DNA of 63,822 bases, filler included, from Octopus bimaculoides (Eukaryota), in NCBI RefSeq assembly GCF_001194135.2. It is 4 parts of 4 records of this genome, joined end to end, with 100 filler letters (N's around TTAATTAATTAA, not from the genome) between each part and the next. Parts side by side here need not be neighbours in the genome. Positions count along the whole stretch, not along the records: positions 1 to 15,206 come from NC_069000.1; 3 more parts are not named here. One strand, 5' to 3'. The first letter of the stretch is position 1, and each line of letters starts with the position of its first letter. The translations under genes were made by a program, and so were the position numbers. Below are positions 1 to 12,439 of the stretch, piece after piece. Under the pieces are notes generated by a model. It was not told the origin of the DNA. It saw nothing but the letters and a program-made list of their open reading frames with translations, and did no database searches.

Positions 1-814
1 ATATATATAGGCATGTTGGTGCAAACAGGAAAAATATAACTCAAAATATGAGCATTTGTATATTTTTATTAATATTTAGCAGAAGTAACAGAGTGACTCA
101 AGGTCCGAGAGTTTCATATCTATGTCTTTCCTCTACGTTTTTTCCCCTCTCCCCTCATTCCATCCGTTTTATCTCTTTGATTATTTCTGTAAAGGAGCAT
201 AGACTCGAAACGTCAAACTTCATCCATTTTCCCTAACACTCTGTTTGTTGTTCCTTTACACGTGTCTAGTCTTTTGTTCTTTGTATCATTTTGAACAATA
301 TGCGTACACAAGCGCGCACACACACATATTTACATATACTTAAACACCCCACGCACACATATAATTATATATATATATATATATATATGCACACACACAT
401 ATATATTTTTATATATGTGTATATATGTACGCACACACATACGTAGGTATATATATGTATGCTCTTATTATTGCCAACGACTTCAAAGTTCACCTGGGTG
501 TATGGCTTATTCCTACGTCAGTTTGAATAGATCATGAACAATATCTATGTGTATGTATATAAACAATGAAAAGTATATGCGTAATCTTTGTAAATTATAA
601 ACGTTTGAATATGAGCAGCGCGTTTGTGTGCGCCTGTACGTGATTAGAGAATGCAGAATGTACGCGAATGTTTGCATAATACACATGGTTGTAAACACCG
701 TAATCTACAATCGTGCGTATCAAAACATACAATAGAGTAGTCATACGATGATAATAGGAGTGAAAAATCGTCTGGCAATCACTCCGCTTTACGTTTTTGC
801 ACGCTTTGTACAGC

Positions 815-1134
815 TGACGTCACGAACAGCAGTTTTGCTGGCAGCAATCGCAATAAATCTAATAGCCAGTACAATCAGTTAGATTTCTCCAATTCCCTAG
901 TTTAGTTCCTGTTGCTTAATATTTCTTGTGTCTTCTGCTACTGACTGTATGTACTCTTGCTGTTTGTTCTACAGCCGCCACCGCTGCTGCTGCAGCTGCT
1001 GCAACTGCTAGCGGCGTCGCTGGTGATGTATATATATTTTTTGATTTGTTGATTAATTCGTTATATTGCTTAGAGGTTAATTCTGTCTGTTGCACCGAGA
1101 AGTCATTGAGTCAGAACGATGTGCTCTGACGTCA
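815..1134. promoter_or_regulatory. Cluster of bZIP sites (CRE 815-822, AP-1 1107-1113, CRE 1127-1134) in unique sequence
   Basis: Two perfect TGACGTCA palindromes and one TGAGTCA within 320 bp of non-repetitive sequence; no linked gene identified. Confidence 0.2.
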
Positions 1135-2455
1135 ATGGTTAACAGCGCCCAACAGATCATCTCTCAGGGAAATGTTCGAGAGAATGCTAACAGAGAAAGA
1201 AAAGAGAGAGAGAGACTGAAGGTTGGGCAAATTAGGCGGAAATAGGTGAATTAAAAATGATGTCAACAGGTAAATAATAGGTTATTTTTTTTCATGGCTG
1301 GAGTGTGTCATGAATTCTAAGAACTAATAACATCATTTTTACACGGCATGTTGGGTTAGCTTACACGAAACATACTCTGAATACTGGAGTGTGTCACTCT
1401 AGCCTTGCAAATGAAGATCAGCAGATGTTTAAGTGTTTGGGACTACCTTGGAAGTGTGGGATGAAAATGATGTATAAATCCGGGGAAAAGTAATCGTAGA
1501 TCTTGATGAGGTACACATGTAATGAGACTCTCTTAATTAGGTGAAAAGGATGGAAAATATATGTAGGTTAGTCTTGCGTTGAGTAGCTGTAATTAGCTGT
1601 GTTGTAAAGGTAGTAGTATATTAGAGTAGATTAACTATTTTGGGGATCCGAGATGAGATGTGGTGCAGATTTTTGTATGAATGAAGGAAAGAGAGAGACA
1701 AGGAATTATATGAGAGAAATAAATAAATGAAAAAATAAATGGTTGGGATTGATTAAAGTGGTAATTACTTACAAATTGCATCGTGACTATGTTGCCGGTA
1801 CGAAATGAATCTAAAGGCTTTACGTAAATACACATGCACGCAGATGCCCACATACATACACATATACACACGTGTACACAAACGCATACTTGCGTGCACA
1901 CAAAATACACCTACTCAAATACGCACAAATACACGGTCACGCGCACTCGTATAGGTGGAAATGGACTTACGTGCATGCTTTTAATTAACATACATCTAGC
2001 TTCGCTTTTAAAAATAGAGTCGATGGTTGAACCAGAGAACTGTCTCTGAAGGATGGAACGAAAAACAACTCGACTAGATTCGCCGGTCATTATCAACTTA
2101 GCGGGGGTATTTACATTATTGAGAGAGAGAGAGAGAGACAGGGAGACAGANNNNNNNNNNNNNNNNNNNNNNNNNNNNNNNNNNNNNNNNNNNNNNNNNN
2201 NNNNNNNNNNNNNNNNNNNNNNNNNNNNNNNNNNNNNNNNNNNNNNNNNNNNNNNNNNNNNNNNNNNNNNNNNNNNNNNNNNNNNNNNNNNNNNNNNNNN
2301 NNNNNNNNNNNNNNNNNNNNNNNNNNNNNNNNNNNNNNNNNNNNNNNNNNNNNNNNNNNNNNNNNNNNNNNNNNNNNNNNNNNNNNNNNNNNNNNNNNNN
2401 NNNNNNNNNNNNNNNNNNNNNNNNNNNNNNNNNNNNNNNNNNNNNNNNNNNNNNN

Positions 2456-2490
<35 letters not shown>

Positions 2491-2554
2491 AGCTGAAAAT
2501 GGGGTTAGAGAATGGCATGCTAAGACGATGGGAAAGAGCATCTCTGCATGGCCA

Positions 2555-2626
2555 ATGTTGTGTGGTTAAAGCGCTCACTTTGCAACCATGTGGTTTAGGG
2601 TTCAGTCCCGCTGTGTGGCACCTTCT
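2555..2626 (+). mobile_element. SINE family A, tRNA-like head fragment
   Basis: gttgtgtggttaaagcgc...gggttcagtcccgctgtgtggcacc matches the head of the full copy at 4757. Confidence 0.6.
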
Positions 2627-3020
2627 GAATAACTTTAACGTTAGCTGTTTGTAGGAGAGGGAGATATTCGAACGGAACCACCATATACTAAATCGATTTG
2701 TAGAAAGCTATTTATGTCCTGCCGTTTTACATCTACAATGGAGCCTTTGCACAATCGATTGTACTGCTAGAAGTACCTGCCAAATCATCCTCAAATCATC
2801 ATATCCTAACATTTAAAAAAAAGAGAAAGACCACATTTGATCATGTAGTATTAGAAATATTACGTCTGAATAAAAGACAGGGTGGTCACAATTGGAATTC
2901 TTTTGGCTATTTGATTGCTCGAATAGTGCTGGATTGAGGTTAAACAACGATTTATAGCGCCATTTCGATGGAGGCGTTCCGATGATCACCGTTGGTTGAC
3001 TTGAATCCGATTCTGCAAAA

Positions 3021-3055
<35 letters not shown>

Positions 3056-3330
3056 ATAGATAAATACTATTTCAGTACCTTTTTTTGGTGCAGTCGTCAC
3101 TTTTGATCTTCCGCTCCACCAACTTGGCGTTTCGCTTTCCCTTGTCTTTTCGTTTGCTTGAAACATTGACTCTTTCTATAGCAACCTGTGTATCATACTT
3201 AATATAGACACATCACGGAAAGCCGAATTAACTGTTGTATTCCTCCAGAGATATTTCTTATAGACGTGAAAGCTAAAAGCACAAAAATATATCAGTAGCA
3301 GACGAAAATAACCTAGAAGCAGTGTTAATA

Positions 3331-3378
3331 TAACTTGATGCACATTTCTGCCTCTTTGGGCTTCGTCAGTAGCAAGCA
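3331..3378 (-). ncRNA. Type-I hammerhead ribozyme motif (degenerate stem I)
   Basis: Minus strand: TTGCTA-CTGACGA-aGCCcaaagaGGCa-GAAA-TGTGCA-TC^AAGTTA; intact CUGANGA/GAAA core, near-palindromic helix III, AUC triplet. Confidence 0.7.
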
Positions 3379-3672
3379 TCCGCTGGCAACATGAGGTTAG
3401 TCGCTACTGATAGATAAACATTGATTGAAAAATCAGTGATGTAAGAATTAGCAGGCTTGTTGAATAAATATTCGCTGTGTGTAACAAAAACCAGAAGCAG
3501 TACTAATTTAAAATGGCAGCTTCTGTATGATAATTAATGCAGATATATCACTGGAAGGCGATTTAACTGCAGTATTTGTCCGTAGATAATATTTTTTTAT
3601 AGAAGTATGGTGTTAAAATTCACAAAAAATAGATCAATAGAAGAATCAAATCGACCACCAGCAATGACAGTA

Positions 3673-3720
3673 TTGCTAGCTATGCATTTCTGCCTCTTTG
3701 AGCTTCGTCAATAGCAAGCA
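3673..3720 (-). ncRNA. Type-I hammerhead ribozyme motif (core mutated, perfect stem I)
   Basis: Minus strand: TTGCTA-TTGACGA-aGCTcaaagaGGCa-GAAA-TGCATA-GC-TAGCAA; 6-bp stem I TTGCTA/TAGCAA; C3 and U16.1 altered. Confidence 0.6.
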
Positions 3721-4424
3721 CTCACTGCCAACTTCATACTAATACAAATTCCGTTGTTATTGATATAGATAAACAGTGTTTGAAATATCACTGATGTTAC
3801 AATTAGCTGACTGGTTGAATAAGTATTCCTTATGTGCAACAGAAGCAGTGTTAGTTTGAAAAAGCAACCCGTGTATCATCCTTAATGCAGATACATCACG
3901 AAAAGCCGAATAAATCGCAGTATTTGTTTTAAGATAACATCTACTAACGTACAATGTTAAAAGACACCCTCTTCAATTCTTAACTTCCTTACTTTTTCTT
4001 CATCTAGTATCATATATTTCTCACTCTTTCACACTGTCTTTCTCAGCCACTCTTCCTTCACTGCCTCTCTTCTTCAACTTCAATTCTTTACTCGTTTACT
4101 TGCCTACAGCCTAAAAGACAATGTCATATTTTCTCATTTCCTCACTGTCATACGAAGGGCAAGGTCCGAAATGTCAGATTTATTCCTTCCTCACGGCTAT
4201 TCAAGCTATCAAACAACGCGTTTATACACCCAGCATCTTTCCAGAAACTATCAAAAACATAAAATGAAGCAAAATACAAAACGTTAACGTCAGAATATGC
4301 GGAGACTATCACAAAACAATATATGAAATTGTGTTGTTTAGTTCTCAAGTAATTGTTACATATGGAGCTTTCATACACTGGAGATTATTCTAGCATTATG
4401 AAATACCAACAGAAGACGATGAAC

Positions 4425-4620
4425 TGGTAGAAGTTAGCACGCTAGACAAAATGATTTGCGGCATTTCTCCCGGTTCTTTACGTTCTGCGTTCAAGTTCCG
4501 TCGAGGTTTATTCTGCTTTTCATCTACTCAGGGTCGATAGAATAAACCCCAATCGAGTACAGGGGCCGATGTAAGCGACTTGCTCCCACCTCTAAGATTG
4601 CTGTCTTTGTGTTCAAAATC
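4425..4620 (+). mobile_element. SINE family B (diverged copy)
   Basis: actggtagaagttagcacgc...ttacgttctgcgttcaagttccgtcgagg...ggtcgat matches the copy at 12716. Confidence 0.7.
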
Positions 4621-4756
4621 AGAAAGAAAGAACTATGAAATGCTTACAGAAAGGAAATAATATAAATATAAACAAGGAAATATCATAGGGTGGAATAAGG
4701 GACCAGGAAAGGATGATTAAAGTAAATGAAATTACACCAGAAAAATGAAATATCAT

Positions 4757-5155
4757 AGGCGCAGGAGTGGCTGTGTGGTAAGTAGCTTGCTTACCAACCA
4801 CATGGTTCCAGGTTCAGTCCCACTGCGTGGCACCTTGGGTAAGTGTCTTCTACTATAGCCTCGGGTCGACCAAAGCCTTGTGAGTGGATTTGGTAGACTG
4901 AAACTGAAAGAAGCCCGTCGTATATATGTATATGTATATATGTGTGTGTGAGTGTGTTTGTGTGTCTGTGTTTGTTCCCTCAACATCGCTTGACAACCGA
5001 TGCTGGTGTGTTTACATCCCCGTAACTTAGAGACCGTAAAAGAGACCGATAGAATAAGTACTAGGCTTACAAAGAATAAGTCCTGAGGTCGATTTGCTCG
5101 ACTAAAGGCGGTGCTTCAGCATGGCCGCAGTCAAATGACAGAAACATGTAAAAGA
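4757..5155 (+). mobile_element. SINE family A, full-length, with internal (TA/TG)n core
   Basis: tRNA-like head (gtggctgtgtggtaag...ggttcagtccc), central microsatellite, tail ending atgacagaaacatgtaaaaga; more than 10 related copies in the window. Confidence 0.85.
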
Positions 5156-5159
5156 GCAT

Positions 5160-5851
5160 CTCCTAATTGATATTTTCCCAATAGTCTACAATCTAGTCTT
5201 GGGGAAGTCCGCAGGTGCTAAATCTGGCTAATAGGGTGGGTGCGGAAGTGACACCATGTTGTTTTTGGCGGGACACTCGCGAGTAAGGAGAGCTCGGTGA
5301 CAGGGTACATTATCGTGAAGAATCCAACTCTTCGGGCACCACAGTTCCGGTCACTTTCGCCGAATGTCCTTTTCCAAACGCTTCAAAACGTCGATGATTC
5401 TCCTCCGACGACCCCCATGCATAAGCTGGTGAATTTTTTTTACATTTCCTTGGGTGACGCTCGTGGTTGGTCTTCCAGATCGCTCATCGTCTTCCGGGGA
5501 CGTTCTTCCACTTTTGAAGTGCCCGTGCCACTCGGAACATTGCGTACGACTCATTGCCTCGTCACCGTAAGTTTGCCGAAGCATGCTCAATGTTTCTGTA
5601 GCAGAGTTCTCAAGTTAAACGCAAAATTTCACGTTGGCTCTTTGTTCCTGTCCATGATAAAATCACAGACTACAACGTACATGTGATCACAAAAGCACAA
5701 ATTTCACAACCTGCAAAGTAAACACTGCGATGTCACTCGGCACACTGTCTCACGAAGGTCACTGCTAGCTCTCACTGCGCACGCAATCGTGTGCTGCCAT
5801 CTGTTGGCGCGCTATAGAACTAGTCCGGGAACTATTTGATACCACCTCGTA
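5160..5851 (-). mobile_element. Mariner (Tc1/mariner) remnant with 5' TIR
   Basis: HTH-type N-terminus (YGDEAMSRTQCSEWHGHFKSGRTSPEDDERSGRP), LPHPPY*PDLAPADF motif, TIR ta|cgaggtggtatcaaatagttcccggact at 5822-5851; internally deleted. Confidence 0.85.
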
Positions 5852-6189
5852 GCTACAGTATTCCAAACGCTGCTTCAAATCTATCCTTATCGAGACAACT
5901 AAAGAACCTCTACTTTGTCAATCCGTGTTGTGAATTAAAGAGATAAACGTGTGTGTTGGAATGTAAAAGATGAATTTTTCTAGAAATTTCTCTTCTCGTG
6001 CGCAGGAGTGTGATTGGTCAGTGTTATTAAACTTCAGTCACGATTTTGTTGATTGCTTCTTCAGCTTACAGATTCTGAAGGATTAGTACTATCGATACGT
6101 TTAGCTAAAGTTATTGGTGAGTGCAATCATTTCCTTAGGCCCCGGATGAGTTTATTAATTTCTTTAGGACTTGAGAGAACGCAACATAT

Positions 6190-7760
6190 CTTTCCTTGGG
6201 TGAATGCAATAGTTTATTCAGGCCTCGAGTGAATGTAATAGCTCATTCGGGTCCTGAGTGGATGTAATAGCTCATTCAGGCCTCGAGTGAATGTAATAGC
6301 TCATTCGGGCCCTGAGTGGATGTAATAACTCATTCAGGCCTCGAGTGAATGTAATAGCTCATTCGGGCCCTGAGTGGATGTAATAGCTCATTCAGGCCCC
6401 GAGTGAATGTAATAGCTCATTCGGGCTCTGAGTGAATGTAATAACTCATTCACNNNNNNNNNNNNNNNNNNNNNNNNNNNNNNNNNNNNNNNNNNNNNNN
6501 NNNNNNNNNNNNNNNNNNNNNNNNNNNNNNNNNNNNNNNNNNNNNNNNNNNNNNNNNNNNNNNNNNNNNNNNNNNNNNNNNNNNNNNNNNNNNNNNNNNN
6601 NNNNNNNNNNNNNNNNNNNNNNNNNNNNNNNNNNNNNNNNNNNNNNNNNNNNNNNNNNNNNNNNNNNNNNNNNNNNNNNNNNNNNNNNNNNNNNNNNNNN
6701 NNNNNNNNNNNNNNNNNNNNNNNNNNNNNNNNNNNNNNNNNNNNNNNNNNNNNNNNNNNNNNNNNNNNNNNNNNNNNNNNNNNNNNNNNNNNNNNNNNNN
6801 NNNNNNNNNNNNNNNNNNNNNNNNNNNNNNNNNNNNNNNNNNNNNNNNNNNNNNNNNNNNNNNNNNNNNNNNNNNNNNNNNNNNNNNNNNNNNNNNNNNN
6901 NNNNNNNNNNNNNNNNNNNNNNNNNNNNNNNNNNNNNNNNNNNNNNNNNNNNNNNNNNNNNNNNNNNNNNNNNNNNNNNNNNNNNNNNNNNNNNNNNNNN
7001 NNNNNNNNNNNNNNNNNNNNNNNNNNNNNNNNNNNNNNNNNNNNNNNNNNNNNNNNNNNNNNNNNNNNNNNNNNNNNNNNNNNNNNNNNNNNNNNNNNNN
7101 NNNNNNNNNNNNNNNNNNNNNNNNNNNNNNNNNNNNNNNNNNNNNNNNNNNNNNNNNNNNNNNNNNNNNNNNNNNNNNNNNNNNNNNNNNNNNNNNNNNN
7201 NNNNNNNNNNNNNNNNNNNNNNNNNNNNNNNNNNNNNNNNNNNNNNNNNNNNNNNNNNNNNNNNNNNNNNNNNNNNNNNNNNNNNNNNNNNNNNNNNNNN
7301 NNNNNNNNNNNNNNNNNNNNNNNNNNNNNNNNNNNNNNNNNNNNNNNNNNNNNNNNNNNNNNNNNNNNNNNNNNNNNNNNNTCGGGCTCTGAGTGAATGT
7401 AATAACTCATTCAGGCCCCGAGTGAATGTAATAGCTCATTCGGGCCCTGAGTGGATGTAATAACTCATTCAGGCCCGAGTGAATGTAATAGCTCATTCGG
7501 GCTCTGAGTGAATGTAATAACTCATTCAGGCCCCGAGTGAATGTAATAGCTCATTCGGGCCCTGAGTGGATGTAATAGCTCATTCAGGCCCCGAGTGAAT
7601 GTAATAGCTCATTCGGGCTCTGAGTGAATGTAATAACTCATTCACGCCCTAAGTGAATGTAATAGTTTATTTAGGCCCCGAGTGAATAGTTTATTCAGGA
7701 CCCCTGAGAGTGCAATAATCCATTCAGACCCTGAATGAGTGCAACTATTTCTTCATGCCT
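6190..7760. repeat. 29-bp minisatellite with alternating A/B variants (58-bp dimer), spanning a gap
   Basis: gaatgtaatagctcattcgggccctgagt / ggatgtaatagctcattcaggccccgagt in tandem on both sides of gap 6454-7381; degenerate flanking units. Confidence 0.95.
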
Positions 7761-8911
7761 TGGGTGAGTGTAATAAATTATACTGAAAAAGTGTTTCTAA
7801 TCTCTTATGGATCAATGCGTAAAAATTGTAGCCATGTCAATGGTAGTTAAGATAACGCTAATAGTATTGGTGAAAAGGATGCTGCTGGCGTAGTTACGTG
7901 TAGTAGTGGTCATGACGGTGTTAATCTAGCGATGGTTAGGGCATATGTCCCTGCATATTGTTTAATAGATTCCGTATACGTCATTGACCACACAGTAATT
8001 TTTATTACAATTCATTGAAGAAATGAATTATTTCCTCTAGTCATTAAGAAATTTCAAAATCGCTTTAAGCGTCAGAGTTAAGCTCCGGTTGACGTTCGTG
8101 TGACTGAATATCTAGTCTGCTAAGCATAGAGTCGGCTTTAGCTCTTAGCCACATGCAGCCGCTGTTAGAGATCAACAAATTTGCGAGGTAGTTGAACTTT
8201 TTACGACGACACTTGTCAGCCATCACTCCCATCCATAGTTCTGACATTTGTAACGATTTAATCGTCAGAGGTGAATGAACTTAATCGGAATTTAAATATT
8301 GTAAAACTATAAACTAAATACGTTGATCTCTTAAATCGGCTTCAAGGAGAAGAATGGACTGTTTTACGTTTGAGAGTCTCCAGTGGGGAGTAAGTAACAT
8401 AAGTGTGATGAAGAAGCAGCCGTTGAATAACTGGATTTCTTACAAAGTTTGAAGGATTCTTGTATAGAATAGAGAGACGGAAGAGTGGATGGTATGTTGC
8501 CGTAATTACTTCTTTTTAAAAAGTCAATTTTGTCGCTGATCAAGTGAAATAAACAGGAAAAGGGAAACGATACTGTATACGGGAGTCTGCTAAATTAAAT
8601 GTGGAACAATCTAAATTGAAAGTGAAAAAGAAATGAATTCTGCAACGTTTGTATAATAATGATATAAGTGCAGAATAAAATGACTTCATTTCCAAGGTGA
8701 TGTTTCATTATTGTCGTCCAGAACTGCAGGGCATTTACCATATTATCTATTACATAAGAGTTCTCAAATTCACTCCTGCTGTCATCCATAAACAACACAA
8801 ACATTTCTTATTCTTATTCATTTTCTTTGGGTTTTTCATTGTGACTAAACCAAGGTTTGAAGTTCTAATTTCAGAACTGCATGGGTATGACTTTAATGTT
8901 AAATCTAAGGG

Positions 8912-9328
8912 CATGGCGGCGAGCTGGCAGAATCGTTAGCACGCCGGGCCGGCCGTCTTTACGTTCTGAGTTTAAATGCTGCCGAGCTCAACTTTGCCTT
9001 TTATCTTTTCGGGGTTGACAAAATAAGCACCAGTTGAGTACTGGCTCCCCTCCTCGAACTTGAGCTAAAATTTGAAATCAATATTAAATTTAAGGATCGA
9101 GTAACAGCTAATGGCTTTTGTTGTAGGTTCTATACAAATACAGGGTATCTAAGAAAATAACTTCCGAACGGCGCTAATCTACATCAAACTGCAGAGCTGG
9201 TAGAAACGTTAGCAGGCCGGGCAAAATACTTAGCAGCAATTCGTCTGTCTTTACGTTCTGAGTTCAAATTCCGCCGAGGTCGACTTTGCCTTTCATCCTT
9301 TCGGAGGTCGATAAATTAAGTACCAGTT
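8912..9328 (+). mobile_element. Two SINE family B copies (8912-9085, 9190-9328)
   Basis: ggcggcgagctggcagaatcgttagc...ttacgttctgagttcaaattccgccgaggtcgactttgcc. Confidence 0.8.
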
Positions 9329-9339
9329 TCCCAATATCA

Positions 9340-9612
9340 GTGGCGGGTCTCAACAGCATATGTTGGTTTACCCCCACCGCATCATGCTGGTTCCGTACCC
9401 CTTCAAGAACATCGAAATTCACTCATCTGTCCACAAACACTCTCCAAGCTTTCTTATCATTTATAAACTCTCTTGCCTCTCTCACTCCAACACTTCTAAC
9501 CACCAAAGCTTTCCTCACTCCATCCATCCACACAAACCGAGGTCTGCCTCTGGTTCTGCTATCTACTACTTCTGCCTTCATCACCCTCCTTACCAGTCGC
9601 CGTCTTCCCTGC
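9340..9612 (-). mobile_element. RTE-clade LINE 3' fragment
   Basis: LVRRVMKAEVVDSRTRGRPRFVWMDGVRKAL...AREFINDKKAWRVFV: the RGRPRxxWxD C-terminal signature of RTE ORFs, followed by a short 3' UTR. Confidence 0.7.
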
Positions 9613-10002
9613 GTGGCATAAGAGGAAACTAAAAGAGCCGGGAGCGAAGGGACTAGGAATTCACTCCTAAAAAGACAAGTCGTTAATATTAACACTAAAC
9701 TTGCACTTCTCAGCAGAAACCTCGTTAACATGATGCAACTGTTAACTCGAAAAGTCTGCGGTTACTATTAACTCGGAAAGTTTGCGAAGGCCATGGGTAT
9801 GGGTAGAACTGCTTCCTTCAGATGAAGTCAATGAAATATAACTGCACTACGATGCATTAAAGCAAGAAAATAAAACATGATCAAGGCGGTGCGGCCTCAA
9901 TAATTCCTGTATCTTTGTACTAATAAAGCTAGTGGATATCTGAAAAGCAGAAAAAAAAACAAAAAGAAAAAGGAAACCAGCCGTAAAAATAAGAGCTGTC
10001 AA

Positions 10003-10082
10003 CGTCATCCTCATCATCATCATCATCATCATCATCATCGTCGTCATCCTCCTCCTCCTCATCATCATCATCATCATCGTCG

Positions 10083-10113
<31 letters not shown>

Positions 10114-10156
10114 AATCATCATNNNNNNNNNNCATCATCATCATCATCGTCATCAC

Positions 10157-10216
<60 letters not shown>

Positions 10217-10227
10217 CATCATCATCG

Positions 10228-10258
<31 letters not shown>

Positions 10259-10381
10259 AATCATCGTCATCACCGTCATCCTCGTCGTCGTCTTTATTCT
10301 TCATAAATATCTGTCGTCATCGGTCACCCCACCACCACCACCACCATCACCACCATCACCGTTGTCGTCATNNNNNNNNNN

Positions 10382-10423
<42 letters not shown>

Positions 10424-10595
10424 AAGCACAACAAGAACAACGACAACAGCATCAAATACAAAGCGGAACAACATAATATAAACAATAACAGCCGGATGGC
10501 GTTATTAGAAGACAGCAGAAGCGATAGTAATGCCACCGACGATCGCATCAACAACAACACCGCCACCACCACCACCACCACCACCACCACCACTA
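10003..10595. repeat. Compound trinucleotide microsatellites (CAT)n, (CAC)n, (AAC)n
   Basis: Seen directly; source of the poly-M/D/T ORFs. Confidence 0.95.
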
Positions 10596-12067
10596 NNNNN
10601 NNNNNNNNNNNNNNNNNNNNNNNNNNNNNNNNNNNNNNNNNNNNNNNNNNNNNNNNNNNNNNNNNNNNNNNNNNNNNNNNNNNNNNNNNNNNNNNNNNNN
10701 NNNNNNNNNNNNNNNNNNNNNNNNNNNNNNNNNNNNNNNNNNNNNNNNNNNNNNNNNNNNNNNNNNNNNNNNNNNNNNNNNNNNNNNNNNNNNNNNNNNN
10801 NNNNNNNNNNNNNNNNNNNNNNNNNNNNNNNNNNNNNNNNNNNNNNNNNNNNNNNNNNNNNNNNNNNNNNNNNNNNNNNNNNNNNNNNNNNNNNNNNNNN
10901 NNNNNNNNNNNNNNNNNNNNNNNNNNNNNNNNNNNNNNNNNNNNNNNNNNNNNNNNNNNNNNNNNNNNNNNNNNNNNNNNNNNNNNNNNNNNNNNNNNNN
11001 NNNNNNNNNNNNNNNNNNNNNNNNNNNNNNNNNNNNNNNNNNNNNNNNNNNNNNNNNNNNNNNNNNNNNNNNNNNNNNNNNNNNNNNNNNNNNNNNNNNN
11101 NNNNNNNNNNNNNNNNNNNNNNNNNNNNNNNNNNNNNNNNNNNNNNNNNNNNNNNNNNNNNNNNNNNNNNNNNNNNNNNNNNNNNNNNNNNNNNNNNNNN
11201 NNNNNNNNNNNNNNNNNNNNNNNNNNNNNNNNNNNNNNNNNNNNNNNNNNNNNNNNNNNNNNNNNNNNNNNNNNNNNNNNNNNNNNNNNNNNNNNNNNNN
11301 NNNNNNNNNNNNNNNNNNNNNNNNNNNNNNNNNNNNNNNNNNNNNNNNNNNNNNNNNNNNNNNNNNNNNNNNNNNNNNNNNNNNNNNNNNNNNNNNNNNN
11401 NNNNNNNNNNNNNNNNNNNNNNNNNNNNNNNNNNNNNNNNNNNNNNNNNNNNNNNNNNNNNNNNNNNNNNGTTATAACCACAACAGCACAAACAACCGAA
11501 AGAAAAAAAAAACACTATAAAAAAACAACAAGAATACCAAGAATAAAATCATCAACAACAACAACAACAACAACACAGAATAACAACAGCAACACCTAGA
11601 GCAACAACGAGCGTCTCTCTTTGTTTACTCAGCTCGCTATTAAAACAGTTATAAAAGAGCAGAGCGTTTGTTGGCAGACATCTCTTAAATTTGTGACGTC
11701 AAAATTATTAAGACCAGTCGCTCTCCGGTTTGAGAGATTAAAAGCTCTTTTCTTTTGCAAAATGTTTATTTTGTCTAAAGAAAAACAACAACAACAACAC
11801 AAAAAAGAACCCCAACTTTTCTCTCTCTCTTTCTTTATTTTCCTCCCGATATTATGATATCCTAGCCTTGAGTGAACAAACAATAGTAATAACATGTTAA
11901 GTGCAATGTTCAGGCACAAAATAAAAACAACAACAACAACAATAATATTAATGACAATAATAATAATAGTAATAACTAGCTGGACCCGTGAAAAACTCAC
12001 GGTAAACATACAAAAATGTAAGCATCTGTAAACAGTGTACTGTTGCCATGAGAAATGTTTGTATATT

Positions 12068-12408
12068 ATGACCGTCTGTCTTTACGTTCTGAGTTCAAAT
12101 TCTGCTGAGGTTGACTTTACCTTTCGTCCTTTCGGAGGTCGATAAATTAAGTACCAGTTGTGTACTGGGATCGATCTAATCAACTGGAACCCTCCCCACA
12201 AAAAAATCAGGCCTAGAAAAGTATATTGTGACAGTTAAAGAATATAGAAAGTAATGCAACACCAATGGTTACTATCTAACCTTAAAATACATCGTACATA
12301 TTCAAAGACCCTTAATGTACAAATTGAAATGCAAAAGAACGAAATAATAAATGGATTTATGAATGAAAGTTTGGCAACTGCGTTTATTTCCACAATAAAT
12401 GATAATGA

Positions 12409-12439
<31 letters not shown>

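Larger units (their letters stand above)
3170..3950 (-). repeat. Degenerate tandem array (~2.3 copies, period ~342 bp) of hammerhead-containing units (retrozyme-like)
   Basis: Several blocks recur at ~336-355-bp spacing (tatcat..ttaat at 3191/3527/3873; atagataaac at 3410/3765); each unit has a hammerhead motif on the minus strand. Confidence 0.7.

Noticed and set aside
926-1129. Poly-Ala ORF or possible exon after tttgttctacag
   Set aside because: Short (GCT)n tract; no convincing donor, no partner exons, no recognisable domain
6190-7760. CRISPR-like array (29-bp partly palindromic repeats)
   Set aside because: Units are contiguous with no unique spacers; eukaryotic context; no cas genes
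8065-8247. 60-aa ORF in unique sequence
   Set aside because: No recognisable homology or splice context
9847-10600. Poly-Met/Asp/Thr/Pro ORFs
   Set aside because: Translations of (CAT)n/(CAC)n microsatellites and N gaps
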